From NCBI RefSeq assembly GCF_036321535.1, contig NC_087462.1, forward strand, positions 7,192,001-7,256,000: a stretch of 64,000 nucleotides of DNA, written 5' to 3'. This document shows positions 1-12,790 of the stretch, one piece after another. A program made the translations under genes and the position numbers. This DNA is from Camelus dromedarius. Lineage: Eukaryota. Below the pieces are notes generated by a model that was not told where the DNA came from, did not search any database, and was given only the letters and a program-made list of their open reading frames with translations. Each line of letters begins with the position of its first letter. Within the stretch, counting starts at the first letter, position 1.

Positions 1-541
1 CCCTGGGGTAGGATTACAGTACTGGGGATTGTGCCTAGGGGCAAAGTGGGCGGAGCCATGAACTGGGTCTAGGAGTAGGGCCAGGCAAGGGCGGGGCTGC
101 AGGAGCGGGTTAAAACACTGAGGTGGGACTGAGGGAAAGCAAGACATTTCAATAAGAAAAGCTGGAGTGGGAGTTCTTGTGGGCAAGGCACAGGGCACTG
201 AACCTAGCACGGAATACATTGAGGACAGGACTGTGTCCTGGAGGCAGAACAGATGTAGGTGAGGCTGGGGCAAAAGATTTTTGCCTGGGGAGTGGAGACA
301 GATGGGTTGGACCTAATTTGTGTACTAAGGATGGATCCTGGAGAGGTGAGCCACCAATAGGGCTACAGCCCAGGCCATGTAACAGCAGAATGAGGAGTGG
401 GTGAGCCTAGAAGCCTGTTTAGGACTTGGGAACCAGGGCGAGCAGGCCTGGCTAGTGGTAAGTACCTGCACTGGGGGCGGGGCTGAGGGTGGGCACTGGC
501 AGGCCAAGGGGAGGCCAGAGCTCTGAGTGACCCCAGGATAC

Positions 542-3500
542 CTGAGCTCCGCAGGTAGGATCTCAGCTGCTAAGTTTTCCACAGCCGGTGAGGTGGCGTC
601 CAGTGAGGGGTCTGGAGAATTTAAGAAAAGTCTTCAAGGGGCTGCAGTTTCTGTCCCCATCCCTAGGGTCCCCTTTCCAAGAAGCATCTTTGGGGGTTCA
701 ACTTCAGCCATCAGGGAGCCATGATGCTTGACTTGAATTTGCCTCTGCCCCACCCAGAACCCTGAAGGACAGCCCTTGCTTTCTGTCAGCCCATGTCACC
801 TCTCCACGCTAACCTCCCACCAGTGTGGCCAAGTTCTGCCCCCAGCCTAGACAAGCCCTGGGACACTGCCTTTTCTGTGTGTCTCAACAGCACACGAGGC
901 CAGGTAAGTCCCCAGGCCACCCCGCTCTCAGGCCCCTGGGATGGGTCTCCAACTCACCGGCCTGGGTCAGCCCCCGAGGCTGCATCTGGGCGCAGCGCAG
1001 CTCCTCATTGGCCTCCCGCAGGGAGTCCCGCTCTGCCAACAGCCGCTGGAGAGACAGGGTGCAACAGGCCACTTGAGGCAGGATCGGCCTCCTGGAGTAT
1101 GGGCTATGCCATGATGGTCAGGGTGGAACCTGGACGATGGGACCTTAGCCTCACCTCCTTCTCCTTCGTCACCGACTCATACTTTTCCTCCAGATTGCGG
1201 CACTCGAATAGCCATTTCTCGGCTTTCATGGCTTCCTCCTGCCGCTGGCCCTGCAGTTCCTGAACCTGAACAGAGGGGAGGGGAGAGGACAGCAAGGTGG
1301 GAAGGAGGGGCAGGTGTACAAGGTGAAAGGATGGGACTAGAGGGACCAGCTGCAAGGAACTTGGAGGAAGGGGCTTAAGAGAGGGGGCGGGGCTTAAAGG
1401 CCTAGAGAGGAGCGGGCCGGCCTCGAGGGCGTGGCCTGTATATAAAAGAGCGGGCTCTGGGTGGAAGGGCTCAGCACCCAGCCCAGGGTGGGCCAAAGTC
1501 AGCGGGACGAGCCAGGAGGAGCCCCCACCCGAGTCCAGGTCCAGGCCCCTTCTCGCACCTGCCGCCGCTGAGCCTCTAGCTGGGTGCGCAGGGAGCCGGC
1601 CCGGCGCAGCTCATCCTCCAGCTGCCGCGTGCGCTCGGCGTGGCCAGCATTGCGCTCCTCCAGCTGCCGCACCTGCCGCCGCAACTCCCGCAGCTCGCCC
1701 AGGCGGCGCCGGCAGCTGCTCAGCGTGGCCTCCAGCTGCCCAGCACGCTCCGAGGACTGCCTGGGGATGGGGGCGGGGCGAGTGGGAAGAGGAGGCGGGG
1801 GTCTGCTCAAGGGTTCAGCTTGGTTGTGAGGTCCTCAGGGAAGGGGAAGGTGTCATATCAGCCTTGGGGCGTTTGGGTTCAAGGTGATAAGGGTCAGGGA
1901 TCAGCGGGGCCTGGTGGTGTTGGGGGATCATTAGTGAGCATAAAGGGAGCCCTAAGCATCAATGGTTAGTCCAGGGTCAAAATCAGCGATCCTCAGGGAT
2001 TGTGGGGACACAAAATGATTGTGGGATTACAGGGGGAAATGATGGGGCCCAGAGGGTCTGAGGAGCCCCCATGGACACTTCCAGGTCATGAGGTGGCTGT
2101 GGGACCAACAAGGGCATTGTGGGTGCAGGGATCATGGGGGGGGTAATGGGGGGCTTTGGGGCAGAGCACTATGGGGTCTTTGAAGGTATAGCAGGGGCTC
2201 ACTAGGCACTTTAACATTACAGGGGTGCTGTGGGGTCACAGGGGAGCTTTGAGGCTATAGAAGGCACAGTGAGGTTGAGAGTTGGTGCTACGGGAGCCCA
2301 CCAAGCACTTTGGGGTTGCAGGGATGCTGTGGAGTTGTAAGATAGTCGTGTGATGGGGGGACAGAGGGGTCAAGGGGTCAAGGTTATTGCATTGTGGGAT
2401 TCTGGAAAGCACCATGGGATCCTGGGGCATGATGGGACCCAGAATGTTGCAGTGAGGTCTGGGGAGCATTATGGAAAGGGGGCTGGGCATGCTGGCATCA
2501 CAGGAATGCTATATGCTATGTGGGATAACAGGGGGACACCGTGGGTTCCCCAGGGGCACCACCATGGATCCAGGGAGTTTGGTGTTTGTCCACAGGACAT
2601 GGTGAATTCCAGGATAGTGAAGGGCGGTTCAGGAGGGTACTATGGAGACTAGGGGGCATTGTGGGGGCCCATGAGGAATTTGGGGTTACAGAGGTACTGT
2701 GGCAGCAGAGGAGCACTCTGGCAATGGAAGTGTGCGGTGAGGACCTGCCACTCACCGAAGCTCATCCATTTCATCCTTCAGGGCCTGCGCCTCCTGGGCC
2801 AGGCTGGTCAGCGCCTGGTTCCGCTGCTGCAGCTCAGTGACCTCCCGTTCCAGCTCGGCACAGTGCAGACGCTCATCCTCCCTGCCGCTCTCCAGCCTGG
2901 GGGATGGGGGGAGTGTCACATGAGGGTGCTGTGTCTGCCCCAGTCCCCTGGCCTGCTGGCCCTGTCCCCCCTGACCACACCTGAAGTTCTCCTCCTGCAG
3001 CTGCTCCAGCTGGGACTGCAGCAACAGCAGCTTCTTGGTGGTGAGGCCAGTGGCACCCTCACTCTCCGACCGGCCCACCCGCTCCCTCAGCAGCGCGTTT
3101 TCCTGAGCCAGGCTCTGCTTCTCGTCTGACAGGAGTACCAGCTGTGGGCAGGGCATACATATGAGCTGGAGCTGGGAGGTGGGTTATGCAGGTGAGCCTG
3201 TCCAGGAGCACCGATGGACCCCCACCTTGGCCCCACCTGCCGCTCCAGGTCCAGACAGCGCTGCCGCAGCTCATCCCCCTCGTCAGCCTCCTCACTCAGG
3301 AAGTAGTACCTGCGGGACTGATAAGAGGAGTGGAGGGGTGAGGGTGGGGAGAGGCAAGAAACTCGGGGATCTGGGGGAGGAGCCTGGGGGAAGGGAGGCT
3401 GGGTTCTCTAGGGGCAGAGAGAAGGGAGCCAAGATACCCTCATGATCTAAGAAGAGAGGGCTGGGACCCAAGGGGACTGGAGGAAAGGCAATTCGGAACC

Positions 3501-6225
3501 CTGGGAACCCAGCAAGGGAAGAGGCTAGGACCCTGGGGGATGGGAGTGGTTTACAGGCTTAAAATCAAGCTTCTCCTCAGGCAACTCTGAAAATTAGTAA
3601 TGAGTTGGATTTTTAACAAGATCCCACCCCTTACCTGACTATCAAAGTTCCCATATGTCTCCAATGACAGGGAGTCAGAGGTGTCTTTGGTCATGAGCTA
3701 GAGGCGGGTGGGAAGACATTAAGATGAGCAGGCCCCCTGAAGGCAGCCTTCAAGGCTTCTATGGTCCAGCCTAAGAACCTCTCCATCCTTCTATTCCCAA
3801 AGCCAGTTCTCCCCAATAACCTCAGCCCAGAGGCTGCCCCACGTGTCTAGCACCCAGGGAGGCCTGGTCCTTTAGGCATGCTAGGTTGTGACTTAGAGCT
3901 GGGAGGAGCTGGCAGACACATGAGACAGGGAAATCTGGCCAGCTGAGTTCCAGAGCCTAGACCTTACCAGGGCAGAGCCTGTGCTTGGCTGCCTCTGCCC
4001 TAGAGATGTCCCCTCCCCTGAAGCTCCTTGCCACGTTGGGCCCTCCCACCTACCTCCTGGATGGCTTCCATCACCACATGCTGAACTGATTCTTCTAGTG
4101 TCATGATTCTCTGGATGTGCTCTGGGGATCAAGGTGGGGGAGACTGAGACAGGGGCGGGGGGCACCAAGATGATTTCCTCAGGTCTTCCCCTGGGGACCC
4201 CCTAACCTTCCATACCCTGCTTTTTCTCGCAACTGATGGCACAGCCCAACACCAGTTGAAGCAGCTTGCCAAGTTCTTCTGGGTCTGAGAACTCGCCAAT
4301 GAGGCTCACGTCTGGAAGGTGCTGCTCCAAAATGGGATGCCCCAGGACCTGAGGATGGAGGAAGGAAGGGGTATCAGGGGCTCAGGGACCCCCTACCTTC
4401 CAACCCAACCCCCTAAATCCCTTTACATTTACTCACATCCTGGGAGTACTCTACCAGGCTCTGTAAGATTGTCTTCAGATTGCTGACCTGGGAAGGGGCA
4501 AGGAGTTGTGTCCAGGTCCCAAAGGCTCCCAGAAGAGGCCAGGCAGCCCCTACCTTGAATGTGTCTACCCCATCCTCTTTCCTCTGCCTCACCTCCCAAT
4601 CTCTGGTCATCTCATCCTGTTTGGCCCCATTCTCTGTCTGAATGTCCCCTTTCCTAGGGGTGACCTGTCTGGCTGCCTGCCCTTGTTGTCCACCTATCTC
4701 AATCACGTGTCCCCAGAATCCAATCATGTCTCACTACCTGCCCCACTACCCTTTGACCCTAGCCATCATCATCTCTCACCCGGATTATTGCACCAGCCCT
4801 GTCTCAGTTTCCACTCTTGTTGCCTACCTTCCATTCCTCTCCAAGCAGCTAGGGGGAGCTTTTTAAAGCCCAAGCCAGGTTTGCGTCTTTCCTCTACTAA
4901 AATCCTTCCTTGACTTTACACAGCCCTTAAAATAGAATCTACCTCCCTGCTCCACAACCTGCCAGGCCCCTGATGATCTCATCTACTATTCCTGCCCCCT
5001 TGCTTTCTGTTCAGACCTCCCTTCCATTCCTTGATCACACGAAGCTTATTCCCAACTCAGGGCCTTTGCATTTGCTGTTCCCAGTGTCTGGAACACCATT
5101 CCTCCAGATCTCACATGGAGATCAGCCCATCTGGAGTCACCACCCATCCAGTCCCAGTTGCTTTCTCTCATGGCCCAGCTTTTATTGTCTTCATAGAACT
5201 TATTGCCATTGGAAGTCGATGTTTATGTTTTGTATGCAGGTTTTTGTCTGTGTTATTCCTTGCTGCAAACTCAGGCCTGCTTAAGAGAAGCATGAAGGAA
5301 CAAATACATAGTTGGCTGGTCATCAGACATCTGCCTCTTTTCCTGACACAGGTCTGTCTGTCCGTTACCCAGAACAGGTCTAACTGACCCTTCCCTGATC
5401 ATCTCATCACCACTTTCTCCCCATTCATGAGTCCACCTGTCACCTTCAGCCTCCAGTTGGAACCTGGGTCGTCTGAGATGCCCTGGAGCCACGCCTCGTT
5501 GAACCAGGAAGGGTCTCTGGGGGCGAGAAGGTGGGATGAGCTGCTGGGGAACCCTTTTTGGGCCCTCCCCCTCAACCCCACTCACATCTGGTTCAGCACA
5601 TAGGCTACTGCGAGGCCACTGCTCAGGTCCTGGGGGCTGGTACAGGGGGACGGGACATGGAACGTCTGCAACTAGGGGGGAAAGGAAAGTGCAACAGGTG
5701 GAATCAGAGCCTGGGACCACCGAACCACTCCCCTTTTTGCAGACTTTTCCGGTCAGCAGGAACCTCACGCGGTTAGGTGAAGGCTGGTCTGTTGCTCCAA
5801 CAAGCCAATTCCGCGAGGGAGTGGCCTCTGCTCACCTGGACCTACCGAGGGGGGCGTGGCCCCACCGTACCTCTGCCCAACAAACGCCGCGCGACCAGGC
5901 CAGGGCAGACCCAGGAGTCACCTGGTCCCCACAGGCACCACATGACCAGGCCAGCTCACCTGTGCACTCTCCCCACCTGACCCAGCCTAGAAGGGGCGGG
6001 GCCTCACCTGTTCTTTCCACGCGACAGGACGGGTGCTCAGGCCAGAGTCCAACGGCCTGGCAGGCCGACGACCCCTTCCTCCTCCCAGCCCCAGGTCAGA
6101 GGGGTGGACAGAGCCAAGGTCGGGGCTCCCGGGAGAGAAGAGAGGGCGTACACCTGTCCCTAGTCCCACCCCCGACCTACCCAGGTGAGCAGAGACCCGC
6201 ATAGCTCGGCCTTGTCCACGCTCAT
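542..6225 (-). CDS. HOOK2: Hook microtubule tethering protein 2, exons 1-14 (457 codons; the 3' exons lie beyond the left edge)
   Basis: Coding exons: 6181-6225, 5586-5671, 5444-5516, 4437-4487, 4216-4348, 4054-4121, 3635-3697, 3237-3317, 2981-3141, 2756-2896, 1559-1760, 1155-1265, 958-1045, 542-611. All are GT-AG and sum to 1373 nt in one open frame. Translation MSVDKAELCGSLLTW-LQTFHVPSPC...DPSWFNEAWLQGI...QLVLGCAISCEKKQ (Hook domain) is followed by coiled coil. Confidence 0.97.
1990..2720. repeat. G-rich degenerate low-complexity tract in HOOK2 intron 10
   Basis: Recurrent GGGGCATTGT/GGGATC-like units with strong G-over-C skew. Confidence 0.55.
4690..5290. mobile_element. L2 fragment in HOOK2 intron 3
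   Basis: GGCCTTTGCATTTGCTGTTCCCAGTGTCTGGAACACC and flanking L2-like sequence. Confidence 0.65.
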
Positions 6226-6299
6226 GGCTCCCGATCGGATTCGACCACGGCCGCGGAGCCCCGCCACCGCAGCCGCGTCCAGATCCGCCACCAGCGAGC

Positions 6300-6430
6300 G
6301 CCCGCAGCCCCGACCTCCCGCTCGGCCTAGAGCGCCGCCCCGCCCCCTAGGCGCAGGCCCCGCCCTGGGCACGTGATCTACTCTTGGCGCCGGCTCAGGC
6401 CTTCAGTCCCGCCATCTTGGATCCGGGAAG
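6300..6430 (-). promoter_or_regulatory. HOOK2 CpG-island promoter
   Basis: GC boxes, E-box CACGTG at 6370-6375 and YY1 motif CCGCCATCTT at 6409-6418, immediately upstream of exon 1. Confidence 0.65.
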
Positions 6431-6961
6431 CAGTTGGGCGCCGGCCCTGCCGCTAGGGGTCAGTCTGGGCCAGCCTTGCGCATTCCAAGGGTGACCCTGC
6501 CGCCCCTCCTTGTCCGGCTCTTTTGAGGGTAGCGGAGACCTCACCATCATTCCTCACCATCTGAGGCGGAGATGCTCCACCCTATTATACAGGCGCATTC
6601 TCTTCCCTTCCCTTCAGCAGAAAGTCCGCTGTCTAGCCACATTATGATCGAAGCCTTTATCTGCACGGGGGAGGAGCAGGCCATAACATATACTATGGAC
6701 TTGGAGGCGGAGGATACTAAAGGGGTCTTCCTGGTGGATGATTTGATAGTCTTGTCCCGGGAGTGGACAAGGAGATTACGGGTGTGGTTCTAAGACGAGG
6801 GCACGATGGGTCAGCCAGACATATGTCCTGAGTAATTAGACAATTTGGCTAGCCTGGATGTGTCTCCCACTGAGCCTTCCCTGCACTTTCCCCTCCCCGA
6901 GCCCTGCGTCCGTTTCCTTCTGCCTCAGAATCCAGAACCAGGCCGCCCTGGTCGCCACGGC

Positions 6962-6975
6962 CCACCAGGGGGCGC
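6962..6975 (+). promoter_or_regulatory. CTCF binding motif
   Basis: CCACCAGGGGGCGC is a near-perfect CTCF core. Confidence 0.7.
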
Positions 6976-8749
6976 CCAGACCGAAGGAACGCAGCCTACC
7001 GGGAAAAGGATGGGCCCACTCTGAGACCCCGTCTGGGCAGTAGAGGGGGCTTAAAAGAAAGTGTTAACAATACTAGTTAATAAAATCGCACTCACCATTT
7101 ATAGAGTGCCTAGTATGCAGTCTCTGCGCTAAGCAATTTAAATATATAGATGGTTGAAATCTACCCGACTCTAGGTGGGAAGTGCTCTTTTTATTGCCGG
7201 TTCGCGGGCGAGGAAACACAGGTTCTGGGTGGATCCCACTTCAGGGGAGGGGGTAAAGCCTCAGCCTGCGCCTTCTGACGCCTGAGTTCCCTGGCAGCCC
7301 CTCCCTCGCGGGACGGGCGAGGTAATGAGCAGTAATTAGAGGTTATTAGCTGTACCCAGGGGGAGGGGCGGGCTCTGTTTTGGAGGTGGGTCTAGGTCTG
7401 AGGGGAGAGGAGCTGCTCACTCCAACCCCGAGTCTGGCTCCGGCGACCCTGCCCCGAGAGGGTTGGGCTGGGTGACAACAGCTCCCACCACTCCCCACCC
7501 CCGCACATCCCGCTGCATCGTAGGAATACAATCACTAGCACCAGACACCAGGTTACAGCCCACTCAGACGCGCAAACCGCACGCACGCAGGGGCCTTGGA
7601 GGCTCGTCTACACACCCACATCCCCTTCCCGAGTTGTTTTCAGCCTCCATCCCCTGGGAGCAGAATAGGGGGGAGTAGGGAGGAAGGGGACAAGGGCCGG
7701 TAGTGCCGGCTTCCGGACTGGACTGCTTTCCAGCGGGCGTGGGAACAACCGCCGCTGGTCCCCTATTCCCTCACCCACCAAGGAGAGGGTGCTGACAATA
7801 GGGGGAACTGGGGCCACCCTGCCACCAGGTAGAAGTGGAAGGTGAGCCAGAACTAAGGCTGTTACAAGGATGGGAGGTTGGGAATATTTCTGAGACGGTC
7901 TAGTTGCCCAATGTTGGGGGACATGCTGGGACCGCCAAATATTTGGAGTGGGGTTCCCAATATTTGCAAAACCCACAGAGATCTTGATGTTTAGGAGGAA
8001 CTAAAATATCTGGAGCATGGAGTTGAATTGTTTTAACGTTACCCTGATATTATAGGTGTTATTAATGTTCAAGGACCCAAAAGTCCCCAGATTTAAGGGA
8101 AGGTCTGGGTGCCCTCACTTTGGGGGAGGAGCCAGAAACCTCCATTTGGGGTGGCAGGGAATCTGATTTTGCAGGGAAGGGGGCTCCCTACGTTGCCAGG
8201 GAAGAGCAGCAATCCCTATTATGGGACTCCGGAAACCCCACTGTTGGGGGATACTTGTGCCTTCAACAATGAGAGGTTATCACAAACCCTCATTTTGAAT
8301 CAGGGATCCTTTATTTAGGGGGAGGATTCAAACCCCATTTTTTGGTGGAGGGAACCCCAAAGCTTAGGGTATGATCTGGGGGCCTCCATTGACAGAGAGT
8401 GCGGGTCTGGGCCAGCAGCCCCCAGCTGGTTTGGGGACCCCACCCCCTCCTGTTGGTTTCCAGGAACAGCTGGGCCCAGCCTGGGCTGTACTGCTGGGAA
8501 GCGAGTGACTCAGCCCCTCCCTGTGGCTACAGCTGGACCCCCGCCCGCCCCTCTGGCCTTCACATCTGGACAGACACCCAGTCATGAGAGCTGGGATAGG
8601 GACCCTGGGTTCACATATTGGGAGATAGTGCCCCTCCCCCCAGAGCTGACCACAGCCTCACGGAGGACACCAGGCCCTATACCATGAGGAACTCTGGCAG
8701 GCTGTGCCCTCCAGACACTGACATTCTTCCAGGACTCTCATCCTGACCC

Positions 8750-9620
8750 CCTCCCCATGTCTGTGTATATGTCTCTGAGTCCATGTGAAGTGTGTTCACA
8801 TTTATGTAGGTGTGAGACGGTGGGTCTGTGATTGTGTGTGCACAGGCCTGTGTGTCTGCATCTACCTGTGTCTTTGTGTGTCTTGGGGCCCTGGGAATTT
8901 ATGCAACAGGCTGTCTGTGATTTGGTGATTTGGGTGCTGTCAGGGCCTAGGGCACATGCTTCTCTTTATGGGACCTTGCTTTGTGTCTGTCTCCCTGTGT
9001 CATTGTTTGTGTGAGAAGTGAATGTATGACAGTCAGTACCTCAACCTGGCTTTAGGTAGTTTTTCAATGTGACCGTGTCCTACTTTCTCTCCATCATGTA
9101 TCTTTCTGTGAAAGCGTGACCCTGTCATGTGTGCCCTTCGTTTGTCCATGTTCCCAAGACAATCTGGTGTCCCTGGGTGTGGACTTGTGGTGTCTGTGGC
9201 CCTACTTTACTTCACGTGCCCTATTTGTCCCTGTGACAGCATGACCACTGTGTCTGTCTCCCTCCTATGTCTCTGTGCCTCTACAATCTCCATGGAGAGG
9301 AGTGGCTGTGTGATAGCAGGAGTCCTGATGTCCAAGACTTTTATCTGTTTGTGTCTTACTTCGTGTCTTACTTTTATCTGTGTGCACCTTGATGTTGTGG
9401 CTTTATCGGAGTGTCTGTATATGCCACCTATCTGTGTATGAAGATGGCCCTGTGTCCCCACCAGAAATGGTATGTGATAGATGTACCTGTGTGTCGTGTG
9501 TGACAGCATGACCCTGCCCGCGTTCGCTGGGGGGTTGGTTGGACTAGTGAAGGTTTGCGCCAACGTGTGGGAGGTGTATCCTGTGTCCGCGTGACACTGT
9601 GGATCAGAGAGTTTGTGACC
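8750..9620. repeat. Degenerate TG-rich low-complexity block
   Basis: Dense TGTG/TGTC motifs over about 870 bp. Confidence 0.7.
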
Positions 9621-9699
9621 TTGGGGAGGTGTCAAAGTCACACGAGACAGCGTGCTCAACGGAGGCGGTGATGTGCTCAGGGGGCGTTGTAAATTGCCC

Positions 9700-10700
9700 C
9701 ACGTCCTACCGCTCTCAGAGCAGAGGACTCCGCCCCGCGCTGCGGGGGCGCGTGCGTCGTGCGTGACGTGAAGCACGACGGGGGTCGCTGCGTGCGTGGA
9801 GCCCGACGCGGTCATGCCTGCGAGCGCGGGGGGATGGGCTAATTGCGTGCGTGCGTGCGTGCGTCCGTGCGTGGGCGGCCGCGGGGGTTGGGCGCGCGCG
9901 GGACACGGCCCCACCCCGCACGGGGACTTTGGGCGCGGGTGAAACCCTGGAGGAGGGTGGTGGAGGCTGCCGTTAACCCCTTCCTGCCCGACCTGAAACT
10001 TGTGGCCCCTCGACAGAGCGCGCGGGGGCTTCCCCAGTGCGCAGGGACCGTCCCTGCCGAGGGAGGAACCCCAGCCAGAGAGCTGAGAGACCCCTCCAGT
10101 TACTATGGGAACCGGAGCTTCCCGCGCGGCTCGGGCGCGTGCTTCCTCCCCCTTACCGCTCTTCCTCCAGCTCCATAGTCCACCCGACAATGCGCTTCCC
10201 GCTCCTGGTCTCTGGAGAAGGGGCTGCGTGACTCAGGGTAGCCCGAGGGTCCCCTGGCCGCAGCCGACCTTTCTCCCCCTTCCCCACCCCGTGACTCACC
10301 CCTCGAGGCTTTCCCCGCGTGTGACTCAAGACCCTGGGGAGGGGGCTGCGGACTCTGAGACCCCTCTTCCAGGCAGTGGGAACTGAGAACCAAGTACTAG
10401 GGACTTCAAGCTTCGCGGGGAGGGGCCCTCCCTCCAGCGAGGGTCGTGTCTGGTGTCTTCCCTTAGCCAACCGCTGCCAAGGTCACTAGCGGCGTTCCCC
10501 CACCCTGAATTGGCAGGGCCTACCCCCCCAGACCTCCGGGAACCCAGCCCCCAGCCCCTCCCCGCCAGCCCACAGGAAGTTTTGGCAGAGCCTGTCGTGG
10601 CAATGAAACGGTTAAAGCCGTTTTCTTATTCATCCAGGGGCCCCTTTTGACTCAGAGCAAGCCAGGCGCCCCCTTGAGCCGGGCCTCGTGGGGCCTGGGT
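9700..10700. promoter_or_regulatory. CpG-rich distal enhancer, probably for JUNB
   Basis: EGR sites at 9742-9750 and 9869-9877, CRE-like TGACGTGA at 9764-9771, NF-kB GGGGCTTCCC at 10025-10034, and AP-1 TGACTCA at 10229, 10292, 10322 and 10648. Confidence 0.6.
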
Positions 10701-11439
10701 TCGTACTCCACCCTATATGTACCATTTTTAGAGAGGGGAGGGAAGGCTGTTGGTGAGCTGCCTTGGTTGGGGGGGGGGGTCTTGCGTAGCATGCGGAGTT
10801 GGGTTCAAATCCTGCCTCTGCCCTCATTGCTCTCTAGGCCTCAGTTTCCCCATCTGAAAATGGGGGATAATTATGACCGGCTTATTGTGGCCTCGTGGGA
10901 TTAAGTGAATAATAGATTGGACGCTTTGTTTCCAGAGCTGGGCACAGAAGCAGGGAGGGGCTTGGCCGGCAGAAGGACCCAGGCTCTTCCTGTCTTTCAG
11001 GCCTGGGTGTTAGAGTGCCCAGCAGAAGCGAGTCCTTGTGGGGCAGGCCATGCCCCACCCAGGCGCTATGAGGCCATGGGGTTCATCCCGTCCACCCCCT
11101 GCCCGGGGCAGGCACCCAGGAAGTGAGAGGCGGGGTAGGAATGAGGCGGAACCTGTTGAACCCGTCGCCCTCCCCCTCCCCCACCCTATTCTGGGGACCT
11201 GACAAGCCCCCCACGCCGCAGGCCCCCCCCATGCTGCAGCCCTACCCCCGCCACCCTGGACGCCTGGGTCCTGACCCGAGGGTGGCTGAAGGGAGGGGAT
11301 GTCGGCGGAGACAGCGTCTCGGGAACATCCTGTGGACTGCTGGCTGGACAGACGGGAGGGTCAGCCCCTCCCCGGGCAGGGCAGGCAGAAATCAGCTGGG
11401 GGCAGAGTAAACATGGCCCAGAGTGGCCAGACTTGGGGG

Positions 11440-12790
11440 GGGTGGCAAGGAGTGTACAAATACACAGTCACCCCGAGAGAGCCAGTCCACACACACACAA
11501 CCCCTGTCACCCTGGCCACCAAGAGACTGCCAACCAGGGACACACTGACAGGACCAGACATACATCTGGACAAGACAGCTGTCAAACAGACACAGTGACA
11601 GGGCAGTCTCAAGAGCAAGACTGAAATGCTGCCAAATACACAAAGACACCAGCAAGCCAGAAGCATAAAGGCAGGGGGTGTGTGGCACAGATAAATCAAC
11701 TCGGCATACAGGCACAATGGACCCACTGACAAACACAGAAGGACATTGACATTCAGACGAGAAGCACATAGCCGGGCAGACAGCGGCACGCTCATAGGCG
11801 CTTGGAGACAAATGTGACAGGCCAGAAGCACACAGGCAGGACGGACACACCGAGAACCATGTGTCAGATGCAAATGGGAGACAAATGTATGTTGATAGAC
11901 TCAGGGAGAAAGGACAGTCACTTTTAGCACAAGCGCCTCAAAAGCTGCACGAGAGATGTTCAGACACTATCAGATCCTGCAACGAGAGAAAGCAACACAC
12001 ATGCACACACGCTAGCAAGATCACCGACTCAAAAAGATACTCAGAGGCAAGAGAGACAAACATCAACCTATGGAGAGAGGGATGGGAAGGACATGTACAC
12101 AGCGGGACAGATAGCCCCCCGCCCCCACCCACACTCAGAGATGCCAAGACTCAGCCTTACAGATTCACTGTCCCTCACCGATAACACGCACGTCAGACCC
12201 TCAGACAGTTTGGGCAGATGTAAGCAGACAGACTGACATATTCACAGGCATGGTCTGGCCAGACAGTCACACCCAGCATAAAGAAGCAGGGACAGGCCAC
12301 AGTTGGACATTCATAAACACGCTGGCAAAGAGACACCCTGACAGAACCTGTTGGCTAACACACACACACACAACCAGCCACAGAGCCCACATAGACACAC
12401 ACACATAGACCAGCCAAAGACACAGACACAGACACACACCAGCTACAGACCTCACACACACACAGACCTCACACAGGCAAGCCATGTACCTCACACACAC
12501 ACAGACACACCAGACACAAATAGGTTAGCCACGTGAACTCCAAAACAACCTACATGTATGCATATAGGCCAGCCACATGCAACTTATTCCATAGACCACA
12601 CACACACACACACACACACATTCCTCGCCCCCCCCCCCAAAGTAGACAGGCCCTACACACCCCTCTAGGGTTGGGCCAACACAAAGATACATGCCCTGAG
12701 AAGACAGGCCTCACACACACTCTCACACGCCCCAACAGGCCAGCCACACACAAACCCACAGCTAGCCAGACACACATGCGTGCTTCTGGA
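11440..12790. repeat. Degenerate CA-rich low-complexity block with (CA)n runs
   Basis: ACAC/ACAGAC motifs and a pure (CA)n run near 12597-12620. Confidence 0.75.

Noticed and set aside
5271-6204. 165-aa and 222-aa ORFs near the HOOK2 5' end
   Set aside because: They overlap HOOK2 exons and GC-rich intron 1 in other frames or on the other strand, with no independent evidence.
9207-10190. 327-aa minus-strand ORF
   Set aside because: It runs through a CpG island and the TG/CA low-complexity block. Its His/Thr-rich composition is a repeat artefact.
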